Origin: Planctomycetota bacterium | GTDB taxonomy: Bacteria; Planctomycetota; UBA8108; SXIK01 | Reading direction: 5' to 3' | Assembly: GCA_965223265.1 (NCBI GenBank) | Contig: OZ244999.1 | Span: 5,536,001 to 5,600,000, forward strand | Length of the DNA: 64,000 nt | Part shown: piece after piece, positions 37,951 through 47,919 of the stretch | Layout: every line of letters begins with the position of its first letter | Numbering within the stretch: the first letter of the stretch is position 1 | The notes under the pieces: generated by a model | Databases searched by the model: none | What the model was told of the DNA's origin: nothing | What the model saw: only the letters and a program-made list of their open reading frames with translations | Program-made: the position numbers and the translations under genes

Positions 37951-40128
37951 TCAGCGCTCGTCGAATCCCGCTTCGTCTTCCGTCGATGAGGAAGCTGCCG
38001 GAGAGGTCGATGCCGCGGCACGAGCTTGACATGATCGAATGCGATCGTCGACGTCTCGAAATCCGGGGCGGCGCTTGCCGCAGCGTCGAAATCGCTCGAT
38101 CGCTTCGTCGTACTGCTCACGCTCTTCGAACGCACAGCCTTCCGCGTAGTCGACTTCCAGCTCGAGAAGCGGAATGCGCTCGTCGACGTCTTTGTACCCA
38201 GTACACTGCTTGCGGATTTCCTTGGCGTACGAGTACGCAAGGGAGAACTGCGCCTTCCGCTGCGCCTCAACCATTGCCTCGTAGCCGACTTCGAGACGCT
38301 CGACAGTGCTATCGATCCGCTCCGCCAATCTCCTGGCTTCTGTGTGGCTGCTGTACTTGTCGAGAACGAGTTGGAACTGTTGGCGCGCTTCGACAAGTCG
38401 ACGATCATCATAGAGCTTTCGCGCGATGTCCAGATCCTCCATCGCACTGCGGATCCGCCTCAATCGATCCTTGGCGTCCCGGCACGGTGTAGAAATCGAC
38501 AGGCACTCGTCATAGAGAGCACGAGCGCGCTTCAGATTCGATTGCCGTTCTGCATCTACCGCGCGGTCGTAGATGTTGTACGCTGTCTCGATGCCCGATT
38601 CCACATCACGCAGTCGAGACTCCACGTCGCGATACTCTCGCTCTTCTTCCCTGCAGGTCAGAAAGAGTTTTCGCGCTTGCTCGAGATCCTTCGATGATTG
38701 AGCCTGGCATGCTGCTTCGTAGCGTTCGTGCAGTGCCGCTCGATCGATCAAAAGATCGCGAATCGCGGTCAATCTCTCCGGAACGTCTCGAAACGGGGTC
38801 ACGATGGTTAAGCATTCCTCGTAGAGAACTCGCGCCCGTTCGTGGTCGCCACGCCCCTCTGCTTGCACACCACGCGCGTAGAGGCTCTCGGCATGCGACA
38901 ATTCACGCTGCACGTTCTCAAAACGTTCAGCGACGTCTTGATAGCTCGAAATCGTCGCCTTGCACATGCGATACTGCTCGCGCGCTTCGATGAGATTCCT
39001 TTCCTCTTCAGCTCGGCGCCCAGCCGTATAGGTTCGCTCGGCGGTTCGAAGTGCGACATCGATCGCCGTGGCTCGATCGTTGGCGTCGCGATAGTTCGGG
39101 TAGAACTGCGAGATCGATCGGTATTGAGACAGCGCTTCACGCAGACTTCCTTCTCGTTCGGCTCGCTGCGCGTCACGATAGACTTCCTCGGCGCGGTTGT
39201 CGCGCGCCGTCTCGAAGCGAGTCATGAACTCTTTGTTGTCAGTGAGCTCTTGTGCCTGAGCAAATCGCTCGTACGCTGTGCGCCAGTCACGGCTCTCGTA
39301 GGCATCATTTCCTTCTTCAATCAGTTTCGCTGCGCGCTTCTCACGGTGCGCTCGACGCACTCTCTGTGCCAGGCCTGGCAATCTAGGGTTGTAGTTTTGT
39401 GCCTTGCGATATGAGGTCAGCGCTTTCACCCACTGCTCGCGTGCGAGTGCAGTATCGCCATCCATCATGAAAGCTTCTGCGCATGCGATCTTGGCGTCTT
39501 CGAGCTCGCGCACGGCGGAAGGATGGTGCGGGTTGAGGTTGAGCGCCGTCGTAAAGTGACGCACGGCCTCTTCGAGGTTCTGGTCCGAACGATCCTGAAG
39601 TCCCTCTTGGAATTCTGCCTCGGCCTGTCCCTCGCGCTCGCGCTTCTCGTCGATGGCACGCTCGAGCGACTCCTGAGCGCGCGGGTGATCCGGGAAGAAG
39701 GTCAACGCCTGCTCGAACTCGCTGATGGCGTCAAACGGATTGCCTCGACCGAGGAACTGCTGCCCGCTACGAAAGTGCTCGTTTGAGCGCTTCTCTTGGA
39801 GACGCCTCACGTGGTCCGGCAGCTCCGCATTTGTCGGATCCAAGTCGCGGACCTGGTCATAACAGCGCTGTGCGACTTCCCACTGACTACGCTCAACGGC
39901 TTGGTCGCCGCGACGCAGGTACATGTGGGCTTCGGCCTTCACGATCTTCTGTTCGATGCCGATCAGCGCGGGGTCCTTTCGCTGCGCGGAGCGATACTCT
40001 TCGAGCGCGAGATCGTACTTGCCGCGCTCGAACAAGAGGTCGCCTCGCGTCATCCGAGACTCCGCACTCAAGCACCCCACAAAAGTCATCAAGATCAGAG
40101 GTGCCACCAAGCGGAGATGGGAACCCAT
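37951..40128 (-). CDS. Large TPR/alpha-solenoid lipoprotein
   Basis: AGGAG RBS; lipobox FVGC; more than ten TPR-like helical repeats. Confidence 0.8.
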   Translation of the reverse strand: MGSHLRLVAPLILMTFVGCLSAESRMTRGDLLFERGKYDLALEEYRSAQRKDPALIGIEQKIVKAEAHMYLRRGDQAVERSQWEVAQRCYDQVRDLDPTNAELPDHVRRLQEKRSNEHFRSGQQFLGRGNPFDAISEFEQALTFFPDHPRAQESLERAIDEKREREGQAEAEFQEGLQDRSDQNLEEAVRHFTTALNLNPHHPSAVRELEDAKIACAEAFMMDGDTALAREQWVKALTSYRKAQNYNPRLPGLAQRVRRAHREKRAAKLIEEGNDAYESRDWRTAYERFAQAQELTDNKEFMTRFETARDNRAEEVYRDAQRAEREGSLREALSQYRSISQFYPNYRDANDRATAIDVALRTAERTYTAGRRAEEERNLIEAREQYRMCKATISSYQDVAERFENVQRELSHAESLYARGVQAEGRGDHERARVLYEECLTIVTPFRDVPERLTAIRDLLIDRAALHERYEAACQAQSSKDLEQARKLFLTCREEEREYRDVESRLRDVESGIETAYNIYDRAVDAERQSNLKRARALYDECLSISTPCRDAKDRLRRIRSAMEDLDIARKLYDDRRLVEARQQFQLVLDKYSSHTEARRLAERIDSTVERLEVGYEAMVEAQRKAQFSLAYSYAKEIRKQCTGYKDVDERIPLLELEVDYAEGCAFEEREQYDEAIERFRRCGKRRPGFRDVDDRIRSCQARAAASTSPAASSSTEDEAGFDER

Positions 40129-40333
40129 GCTGTTTCTCCTTGCTATTCCTTACGCGCGTGATCCTGCCACCGAAGAACACCTAATGCCTTTTCGGTCTTT
40201 CATCGGATGAAGCGAGCCGTTTCTGCACGACGGTCACAAGACGCCGATTTATCGGTTCTCGAGCCCGCATGAACTGTCGGGTATTCTGCTGTGCCATGGC
40301 TTAGCTTTTCGACGCATATTCAAGGAGCAATCC

Positions 40334-41410
40334 ATGCACGCCCGACACGTGTCTCTCGTCACCCTCATCGGCATCTGCATCGTCGCGTCCCTGTTCGCCG
40401 GCTGCGCCGCTTCTCGCCAGGGCAGCGACAACTCCCGTGCGGTACCGATCATCTTCGATACCGACATCGGCAACGATATCGATGATCTTCTCGCCCTCGC
40501 TATGCTGCACGCTTTGGAGAGAGAAGACCGTTGCCGTCTCCTCGCCGTTACGATCAGCAAGGACAACGATCTGTGCGCCCCATTTGTCGACATGATCAAT
40601 ACCTTCTATGGGCGCCCGAACGTTCCGGTCGGGGTCGTCCGGGACGGCGAAACGCCGGAGGAGGGGCGCTACCTTCGCCCTCCACTCGAAGCAAGAAACG
40701 GCAACGAGCTCTTATTCCCGCGTGACATTCACAGCAGCAAAGATGTGCCTGACGCGGTTTCTCTGCTGCGAGAAACGCTTGCCAGTCAGTCAGATCGCTC
40801 GGTTGTCATCGTTGTCGTCGGCTTCTCGACGAACCTTGCACGTTTGCTCAAGTCACCACCAGACGAGCACTCCGAGCTTCGCGGCGACGAACTCGTACGG
40901 CGCAAGGTCCGATCGCTCTCAATGATGGCCGGGCAGTTCGCGCCGCCTTTCGAGCGCGAATACAACGTCTACACCGACCGCGACGCGGCAGCGAGTGTGT
41001 TCTCGAAGTGGCCAACGCCGATCGTCGCCAGTGGCTTCGAGATCGGTCGCGCAGTTCGTTACCCGGCGTCGAGCATCGAGAACGACTTTTTGGATCCAGC
41101 GGGCCTTCCACAGATCCACCCGGTGCCATGGTGCTACCGACTCTACATGGACATGCCGTACGACCGGGAGTGCTGGGATTTGACCTCGCTTCTCCAAGCG
41201 GTCGAGCCCGACGCCGACTACTTCGGTCTGTCTGCGCCGGGCACGGTCACGGTCGATGAGAACGGCGTGACCCACTTCACCCCGTCGCCGACGGGACGCG
41301 TTCGCCACCTGACCATCTCGGAGCAGCAGATCGAGCGTGTCCGCCTTCGGCTCGTCGAGCTCGTGACCGCACCAAGCCCCGAGACGGCGGCGATGCCTGA
41401 TTTCGAGTAG
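40334..41410 (+). CDS. Nucleoside hydrolase family lipoprotein (IU-NH fold)
   Basis: IIFDTDIGNDIDDLLAL, VGFSTNLA, EYNV..D, WDLT; lipobox FAGC; AAGGAG RBS. Confidence 0.85.
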   Translation: MHARHVSLVTLIGICIVASLFAGCAASRQGSDNSRAVPIIFDTDIGNDIDDLLALAMLHALEREDRCRLLAVTISKDNDLCAPFVDMINTFYGRPNVPVGVVRDGETPEEGRYLRPPLEARNGNELLFPRDIHSSKDVPDAVSLLRETLASQSDRSVVIVVVGFSTNLARLLKSPPDEHSELRGDELVRRKVRSLSMMAGQFAPPFEREYNVYTDRDAAASVFSKWPTPIVASGFEIGRAVRYPASSIENDFLDPAGLPQIHPVPWCYRLYMDMPYDRECWDLTSLLQAVEPDADYFGLSAPGTVTVDENGVTHFTPSPTGRVRHLTISEQQIERVRLRLVELVTAPSPETAAMPDFE

Positions 41411-41446
41411 CGCTCGTCCTCGAGCCCGATCGTTCGTACGAGGGCT

Positions 41447-41630
41447 CATGCCGCGTGCCGTCGGTCTTGTTTGCGTTTGCGTGGGCGTGGGCGGCGTCCG
41501 TGGACCGTGCCCGTAACCGCGGGGCACGACGGCGTAAACGACTCACAGCCTCTCCGTATGCGGTCCCGTCTTGTCGGCGTGCGCGTTCGGCCATTCCCGC
41601 TCCCCGTTGACACGTGGGCGGTGGTGGGCG
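41447..41630. repeat. Partial third member of the composite repeat family
   Basis: ACTCACAGCCTCTCCGTATGCGGTCC..GTCGGCGTGCGCG matches 33466-33520; contains GCGTTT/GCGTGG hexamers. Confidence 0.7.
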
Positions 41631-41918
41631 TACCTAACATTTTGTTTGTGTGACCCCGTATTTCTCAGGTCCACCATCTCATCCGCTTTCGAGCGCCGAT
41701 TGACACTGTTCTTCAATTCTTCGCGGAGAATGAAAAAAGCGTTTTACAGCCTCAACGAGAGAGAGCACCAGGTGAGTCTCTAACCTTTTGATCGCAACGG
41801 GTTACGGAATCAAACCGGGCAAAGAAAAAGCGTTCGCGCGGCGGCACGCGATTTGTACTCATCGCTCATCGAAAGATCAGGGTCGGAGACGAGCCAGTAC
41901 AATGAAAGGTGTCAAACC

Positions 41919-44900
41919 ATGTTTCTGCCCACCCTGCTGAGCGCCGTTCTCACGCTGAACGCCGGCGTCACGACGGACGGAGCGCCGGACTTCCTTGCAC
42001 AGATCGACGCACGGACCCAGTTCGATGCGATCGCCGTCGAAGCCACCAGCCCTTACGCCGCGCGTGTGACGAAGTACTTGCTGCCCGCCCGCGAGGACCC
42101 GGAGCTGCTGGCAACGCTCTTTCAAAACGTCAACCTGCACCGCTTCCACTACGATTTCCTCGTCGCGGTCTTTCCCGATCGCTTCGCCGGGCTGACGTTC
42201 GACGATTACCTCGACTTAGTCATGCGGCGGGTGAGCCGCGACTACTACGCCGGGACGATCACCCACTACTTTGGGCCGACCGGACAGACGTTCGGGTTCA
42301 CGGTGCTCGCCGACGGTGCCGATCCGGGGGAACTCCTCACGCCCGAAGAGGTCAAGTACGTGTACGAGCAGCTTGGGGAGAGTTTCAAGCTCGAGCCCCT
42401 GGAGTACGCCCCGCAGCGGACCGCCGCAATCCTGGAAGCTCGCAGCTGGGTTGACCCCGGCTTTCCCATCCGCGACCGAGGCGATCAGGAACTGCCCGAC
42501 GCGATCGGCTACCACCCTGCAACCAACTACGGCGTAATGCGTCGTTACACCCTCGCGCAGCTCACGGCTGCCGAAGGGGCGGGCGAACTGGACCGGCAGA
42601 CGATCGTGGTCGTCGACGACGTCCCTGAAGACATCGAGACAGCCATCGCCGGCCTGGTCACGGGTGTACCGCAGGGCGAGCTGAGCCATCTCGGGATTCG
42701 ACTCGCGCGCCGCGACGTCCCCAACGTCTTTGTGGACGACGCGATGACTCGCTTCGCGGACGTCGACGGAACCCTCGTGCGCTTCGAAGTCACCGTGGAC
42801 GGCTACGATGTCCGCGCCGCAACGCTCGAAGAGGCCGAGGCCTGGTGGTCGGAGCACCGTCCCAGCTTGCCGCCGATCCCCGCAGTCGACGAGGAATACG
42901 CGGCGTTCGATCGAATCACGGACATCGACCTGGCGTCCGGGGCGGCCGGCGCTCTCAAACTCTTCGGCGGCAAGGCTGCCGGGCTGGCGGCGCTCTACGA
43001 ACACCTGCCGCCGCAGTACCAGACGCCAGGCTTTGCCATCCCCTTTCGCTACTACTTGGAGTTCATCCGCACGAATACAATCCCCTCACTCACGAATCCC
43101 GCCGTCGAGGTCAGCTACGAGGCCTATATCGACGAACTCCTCGCCGACACCCGATTTCGTACTGACGGCGCCTACCGCCGCACAACGCTGGAGGGGCTAC
43201 GCGACCACATGCGCGCGCACGGCGTGGTGCCCGCATCTCTTCTCGATGCGCTGCGCGACAGGATCGTCGAGGTTTTCGCGGATCCGCAGGTGAAGGTGCG
43301 CTTTCGCTCATCCTCGAACGGTGAGGATTCCCCGGAATTCACCGGCGCGGGTCTCTACGATTCGACGTCAGTATGTCTGCCCGATGAGCTCGATGATGAC
43401 AACACGGGACCGTCGCTGTGCGACACGTCGAAACAAAACGAGCGCACCATCGAGCGGGCACTCAAGAAGGTGTGGGCCAGCCTCTGGAACTACCGCGCCT
43501 ACGAAGAGCGGGAGTATTTCCAAATCGACCACCGGCGCGCTGCCATGGGGCTTGTGGTGACGCTGGCTTACCCAGCTGAAGACTCAAACGGCGTCGCCTT
43601 CACCGGCGACCCCGCCAACCGGGAGTCCCCCCACTACGTCATCAACGTCCAGCTTGGTGACGAGAGCGTCGTGCGACCCGGCGTCGGCATCGAGTCGGAA
43701 AAGGACGTCCTAGTGATGGACGGCAGCAGCGTGCGCAAAGTGGTGCGGGCGCGCGCGTCCTCGCTGACAGTGCCCGATCAATACGTGCTCTCTGAAGAGC
43801 AGCTGGATGAACTCGGAGGCGTCCTCGCGTCGGTGCGAGACGGATATCTGAGTCACTACGACTTCGGTGCCCACCCGCCGGGCGACGTTTTGGTCGACTT
43901 CGAATTTAAGTTTCAGGACGGCCAACTCATCGTCAAGCAGGCACGGCCGTTTCTAGTGAGTGACCCCGCTCCCCCGGGACCTGTCTTCGCCATCGATCTC
44001 GATCCCGACCTCTCCATGTGCGCCCTCTTCCAGGATGACCGTTCCGCCTACGACGAGTACCGCTTCAAAAGCCGCATCGAGTTAGCGGAGGGACGCATTG
44101 AACTTCCAGCGCGCTCGGTCTACGTCGTCGCAGACTTCATCGATCGTTTGGAGTTCGGCCCGGAGCAACAGGTTCTCGAGCCGCTGGGTTCAGGACTCTT
44201 CGAGGTGAGTGTGCGCGCGTCGTGCTGTCCCGAAGGTCTGACGTACACTTGGGACTACACGCAGGACTTCGACCTGGACGGTGAACCACTCCGGGTCAGT
44301 CTGTTTAGGTCATTCCGAGTGATCGCCGGCACCCCTGATGAATTCGAGTGGAACGTCGACTCGGTTGCTCTTCGCGGCACCCGCTTGTTCGCGCCGGGAA
44401 TCACCTACGCTCCCTGCGAGTTCGACCATCTGCCGCTCTGGGAGATGTCCGCCGAGCTTGAGGGAGGCGACCGCGTGCGATTTCTCAAGCGATTCGAGGA
44501 GCCGGTGGCGGGCTCGGGTCCTGTGTCCCTGCCGTTCGGTGAGGCTCAGCTGGGTGGTGTGACTTACAGCGAAACAAGCTACTGGCGGCTCGTCTACGCC
44601 GCGGATCATCACAACTTCAACGAGAAGTTCGTGCAGGTGTTCGACACTCCGATCACCGTCGGCGAGACAACGGGCGTCGCGGCGCTCTTTCTTCTCGAAG
44701 AGTTTCGCGGCAGCCCCCCGGCCGCCGCGCTGCTCGACGCGAATTTTAACGTACTGCGCGAGCTTGACGTGATCAGCTACTCCGAGGAGCTTGCGCCACC
44801 TCGCTTCATCCGCGGCGACTGTAACGACGACGGCGCGGTCGACATCTCTGATGGCATCTTCCATCTCAACGCGCTCTTCGTTCCCGGCACGGACGAGCCA

Positions 44901-45080
44901 ACATGCCTCGAGGCGTGCGACACCAACGACGATGACTCAGGCGACATCTCCGACGCCATCTTCACGTTCAACTTTCTCTTTGTCGCCGGAAGTGAAGTGC
45001 CAGCCGCACCACATCCGCTCTGTGGATTGGACCCGGAACCGGAGGCGAGCCTTGGGTGCGGCGGCGTGGCGTGTGACTGA
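41919..45080 (+). CDS. Secreted PEP/pyruvate-dikinase-family protein (phospho-His domain + ATP-grasp) with C-terminal dockerin-like module
   Basis: ATG 41919 after AAAGGT gives a signal peptide; AGLVT..QGELSHLGIRLARRDVPN; FGGKAAGL, PGFAIPF, RFRSSSNGED..FTGAGLYDS, KKVWASLWN, DFEFK..KQARP; FIRGDCNDDGAVDISD tail. Confidence 0.8.
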   Translation: MFLPTLLSAVLTLNAGVTTDGAPDFLAQIDARTQFDAIAVEATSPYAARVTKYLLPAREDPELLATLFQNVNLHRFHYDFLVAVFPDRFAGLTFDDYLDLVMRRVSRDYYAGTITHYFGPTGQTFGFTVLADGADPGELLTPEEVKYVYEQLGESFKLEPLEYAPQRTAAILEARSWVDPGFPIRDRGDQELPDAIGYHPATNYGVMRRYTLAQLTAAEGAGELDRQTIVVVDDVPEDIETAIAGLVTGVPQGELSHLGIRLARRDVPNVFVDDAMTRFADVDGTLVRFEVTVDGYDVRAATLEEAEAWWSEHRPSLPPIPAVDEEYAAFDRITDIDLASGAAGALKLFGGKAAGLAALYEHLPPQYQTPGFAIPFRYYLEFIRTNTIPSLTNPAVEVSYEAYIDELLADTRFRTDGAYRRTTLEGLRDHMRAHGVVPASLLDALRDRIVEVFADPQVKVRFRSSSNGEDSPEFTGAGLYDSTSVCLPDELDDDNTGPSLCDTSKQNERTIERALKKVWASLWNYRAYEEREYFQIDHRRAAMGLVVTLAYPAEDSNGVAFTGDPANRESPHYVINVQLGDESVVRPGVGIESEKDVLVMDGSSVRKVVRARASSLTVPDQYVLSEEQLDELGGVLASVRDGYLSHYDFGAHPPGDVLVDFEFKFQDGQLIVKQARPFLVSDPAPPGPVFAIDLDPDLSMCALFQDDRSAYDEYRFKSRIELAEGRIELPARSVYVVADFIDRLEFGPEQQVLEPLGSGLFEVSVRASCCPEGLTYTWDYTQDFDLDGEPLRVSLFRSFRVIAGTPDEFEWNVDSVALRGTRLFAPGITYAPCEFDHLPLWEMSAELEGGDRVRFLKRFEEPVAGSGPVSLPFGEAQLGGVTYSETSYWRLVYAADHHNFNEKFVQVFDTPITVGETTGVAALFLLEEFRGSPPAAALLDANFNVLRELDVISYSEELAPPRFIRGDCNDDGAVDISDGIFHLNALFVPGTDEPTCLEACDTNDDDSGDISDAIFTFNFLFVAGSEVPAAPHPLCGLDPEPEASLGCGGVACD

Positions 45081-45309
45081 GCGCTGACGACGGAGTCCGC
45101 GTTCAGTGCAAGGACACGAGCGGCAATTCAGGGTCATGCCGCCGGTTCGGTTCTTCACTGCGTGGCGCTCGCTCCTGTCCCCCTGCCGAAATACCTGAAG
45201 GGGCATCTCGACAATCGAATAGAGAAATCGCCGCGGAGTACGTAGCCTATCAGGATCATTCGGTTCAGGGGTCAATCTCGCGTGTCCATCCCAAACGGAG
45301 ATAGGTAGA

Positions 45310-46404
45310 ATGTCCGTTCATGCCAGCCGCGCGGCGCTCGTGTCGATTCTTCTCGGAGCTAGCGGAATCCCTAGCGTATCGGCCCAGGACTTCGTGCGAG
45401 GGGACGCCAACGGCGACGGTCTGATCACCGCGGCGGACGGGCACTTCATCCACATGTACCTCTTTCGCGGCGGACACGAGCCCGCCTGCCTGAAAGCTGC
45501 GGACGCGGACGATTCGGGCCATGTGGATCACGCCGATGGAGTGTTCGTGTTCCACTTCGCGGTCTTCGGCACGGAAGCGATGCCCGCCCCGGGACCGGCG
45601 GTCGGACCTGACCCAACGGACGACGAATTGACTTGTCTGGCCTACGGTGGAGGGTCGCCCACCAGCGACCCCGATTCAAAGATGGAGATCGTCGATGCGA
45701 CAGCGGTGGTCGGAGGGTCGGCGACGATCTCACTGCGAGCGACGTACTCCGATTTTCTCGGTGGGTACTCGGGAACGATCATCGACGAAGCTGGAGTGCT
45801 GGCCGATTCTGCCAACGACCTCGCGGTTGACCCGACGCCGCTCACCATCGAAAACCTCGGCCCTATCGACAGGAACAACCAGCCGCCTTTCCTGGCTGCG
45901 CGACTGCACGACGGGAAGCTCCGGTTCGGCTGCAACGTCGCGATCGGAAATTCATCGTTTTTGCCCGGGAGCGACGTTTCGCTCGTGTCGATCACCATCC
46001 CGCTCCGCAGCGACACGGTACCGGGTCAGTACGAACTCACGCTCGATGCCGCCGAGTTGATCCACCTCGACGACGGCTCGATCCAGCCCACTGTCGCTTC
46101 GGGTGTCCTCGAGGTCTTGCCCACTCGAAGCTTCCGTCGCGGCGACTGCAACGATGACGGTGCGGTCGACATCTCCGACGCCATCTTCACGCTCGGGTCC
46201 CTGTTCCTTGACGATGGAATCCCGAGCTGCGACGACGCCTGCGATTCCAACGACGACGGCGCGGTGGACATCTCCGACGCCATCGCGACCCTCGGAGTGC
46301 TATTCCTCGGAGACGGAGTGATCCCGCTCCCTGGAATGAACGATTGTGGTGTCGATCTGACTGACGATCCGATCGGCTGCGACGCCGTGGAGCGGTGTCC
46401 GTAG
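45310..46404 (+). CDS. Secreted protein: dockerin-like, cohesin-like beta-sandwich, dockerin-like
   Basis: Signal peptide (VSA/QD); FVRGDANGDG..ADADDSGHVD at 45391; FRRGDCNDDGAVDISD..CDSNDDGAVDISD at 46132; the middle ~145 aa has a cohesin-like beta pattern (inferred). Confidence 0.7.
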   Translation: MSVHASRAALVSILLGASGIPSVSAQDFVRGDANGDGLITAADGHFIHMYLFRGGHEPACLKAADADDSGHVDHADGVFVFHFAVFGTEAMPAPGPAVGPDPTDDELTCLAYGGGSPTSDPDSKMEIVDATAVVGGSATISLRATYSDFLGGYSGTIIDEAGVLADSANDLAVDPTPLTIENLGPIDRNNQPPFLAARLHDGKLRFGCNVAIGNSSFLPGSDVSLVSITIPLRSDTVPGQYELTLDAAELIHLDDGSIQPTVASGVLEVLPTRSFRRGDCNDDGAVDISDAIFTLGSLFLDDGIPSCDDACDSNDDGAVDISDAIATLGVLFLGDGVIPLPGMNDCGVDLTDDPIGCDAVERCP

Positions 46405-46505
46405 CCGACGGTGGGTGAGCGTTTAGCTACGAGCCGGACGTCGACTCTCTCGATCGCCGTCCGCCGGACGACCAGAATACAAACTCGACCGACCTCTTAG
46501 CTTAG

Positions 46506-46682
46506 CAGCCCGCCTGAAAAAGTCATTCGGCCGAGAAACTGGCCTCTTCACGCCCAGCTCGACGGCGTCAATACTCGCCGTATGCCTTATAGAAGAGGGC
46601 TCGGAGATTACCTGCATTTGCCGCAGCCGATCTGGACGCGAAGAGACCAGTTTTCCGCTCGAAGCACTTCTTCAACAGGCTG
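46506..46682. mobile_element. 177 bp MITE with IS5/IS1182-like termini and TTAG target duplication
   Basis: TTAG|CAGCCCGCCTGAAAAAGT ... ACTTCTTCAACAGGCTG|TTAG; long internal imperfect inverted repeat. Confidence 0.75.
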
Positions 46683-46924
46683 TTAGATCAGGCCAGAGTG
46701 TCAGACGCGAACAACTCCCTCGCGACGCCGGAGTCGTTTTTCAGAAGCCGGTGCTGGGGGTTGCATGTACAGTGAGTGGGCACAGCGACGCCCCGCCAGT
46801 TTTTTCCGACGTGCAACGGTCTCAACGATAAACTTGGGACAAGCAGACTCGGACCGGGACGCGGAGACGCAGACTCGTGCGGCACGCGCGGTGTGCCCGG
46901 CGCAAAGAGAAGGAGGATCAGCCG

Positions 46925-47821
46925 ATGAAACTCGGAGCGGTTCTTGCTGGTAGTGCGCTTCTCCTCGGGGCGGCCGTGGTCGCCGCCGTGGCGGTCAACA
47001 ACGGTGAAAACGCCGCCAGCGTTCCGGCGGCGAGCTCGATCGAGCTCGCTCAATTGGCGGGCGAAGTGGAGAAGCTCAAGGAACGACAATCGGAGTTATG
47101 GGAGCGGATCGCAGAGCTCGAAGAGTCCCGACCCTCTTCTCCTTCCCCGGGCCCGGTGACAGCCGACGCAGTCCCCGCTGTCGCGCAGGCAGAGGAAATC
47201 GAGGCGTCCGCCGATGAGGCAGAGCTCATTCTTGGCGAAGCGCTCGACGTTATCCTCAGCGACGCCCCGCACAGTGAGCAGCAACAAGAGTGGAGGCGGC
47301 TTGCGCAAGCGGGGCTTCTCGACCAGGCAGTTGCAGCGATCGAAGAGTACGCGACCGAGCATCCCAATGATCCCAACGCTCAAACGGACCTGGGACACGC
47401 GTTCATCCAAAAGGTCCTTGCCGTGAACGACCTCGAAAAAGGCCTCTGGGCGATGAAAGCCCACGGTGCGTACGATAAGGCGCTGGCTCTCGACGATCAC
47501 CACTGGGAGGCACGGTTCTCCAAAGCCATGAGCTTCGCCTTCGCGCCGCTTGCTTTTGGCCTCCAGCCCAAAGCCGTCGAGCACCTCGAGATTCTACGAG
47601 CGCAGCAGCAAGAACAGCCGCCGCAGGAGCACTTCGCGCAGACATACACGGTCCTCGGCAATCTCTACCAGAACATGGGGCAGCCGGAAAAGGCGCGGGG
47701 TGCGTGGAACGAGGGCCTCGAGCTGTTTCCAGAGAACAGCGAACTGAGCGAGAAGCTTGAGACGATTTCAAAGGGCCAGGTCGTGGACCAACAATCCCAA
47801 GGTACAACGACACCGAGATGA
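46925..47821 (+). CDS. Membrane-anchored or secreted TPR protein with short coiled coil
   Basis: ATG 46925 after AGGAGG; hydrophobic N-terminus; coiled coil; TPRs (YDKALALDDHHWEARF, YTVLGNLYQNMGQPEKA). Confidence 0.75.
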   Translation: MKLGAVLAGSALLLGAAVVAAVAVNNGENAASVPAASSIELAQLAGEVEKLKERQSELWERIAELEESRPSSPSPGPVTADAVPAVAQAEEIEASADEAELILGEALDVILSDAPHSEQQQEWRRLAQAGLLDQAVAAIEEYATEHPNDPNAQTDLGHAFIQKVLAVNDLEKGLWAMKAHGAYDKALALDDHHWEARFSKAMSFAFAPLAFGLQPKAVEHLEILRAQQQEQPPQEHFAQTYTVLGNLYQNMGQPEKARGAWNEGLELFPENSELSEKLETISKGQVVDQQSQGTTTPR

Positions 47822-47919
47822 GTGAGTCCAATCTGGTCTACCATTCACTTGGACTGACGTGTTCGCACGCCTCATCGGCCGATTATTGACAAGATTCATT
47901 CCGAAGGGATCCCTCAAAA

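Noticed and set aside
41842-41857. Sigma-54-like promoter CGGCACGCGATTTGTA before the dikinase gene
   Set aside because: The -12 element reads TTGT rather than TTGC, which is insufficient support.
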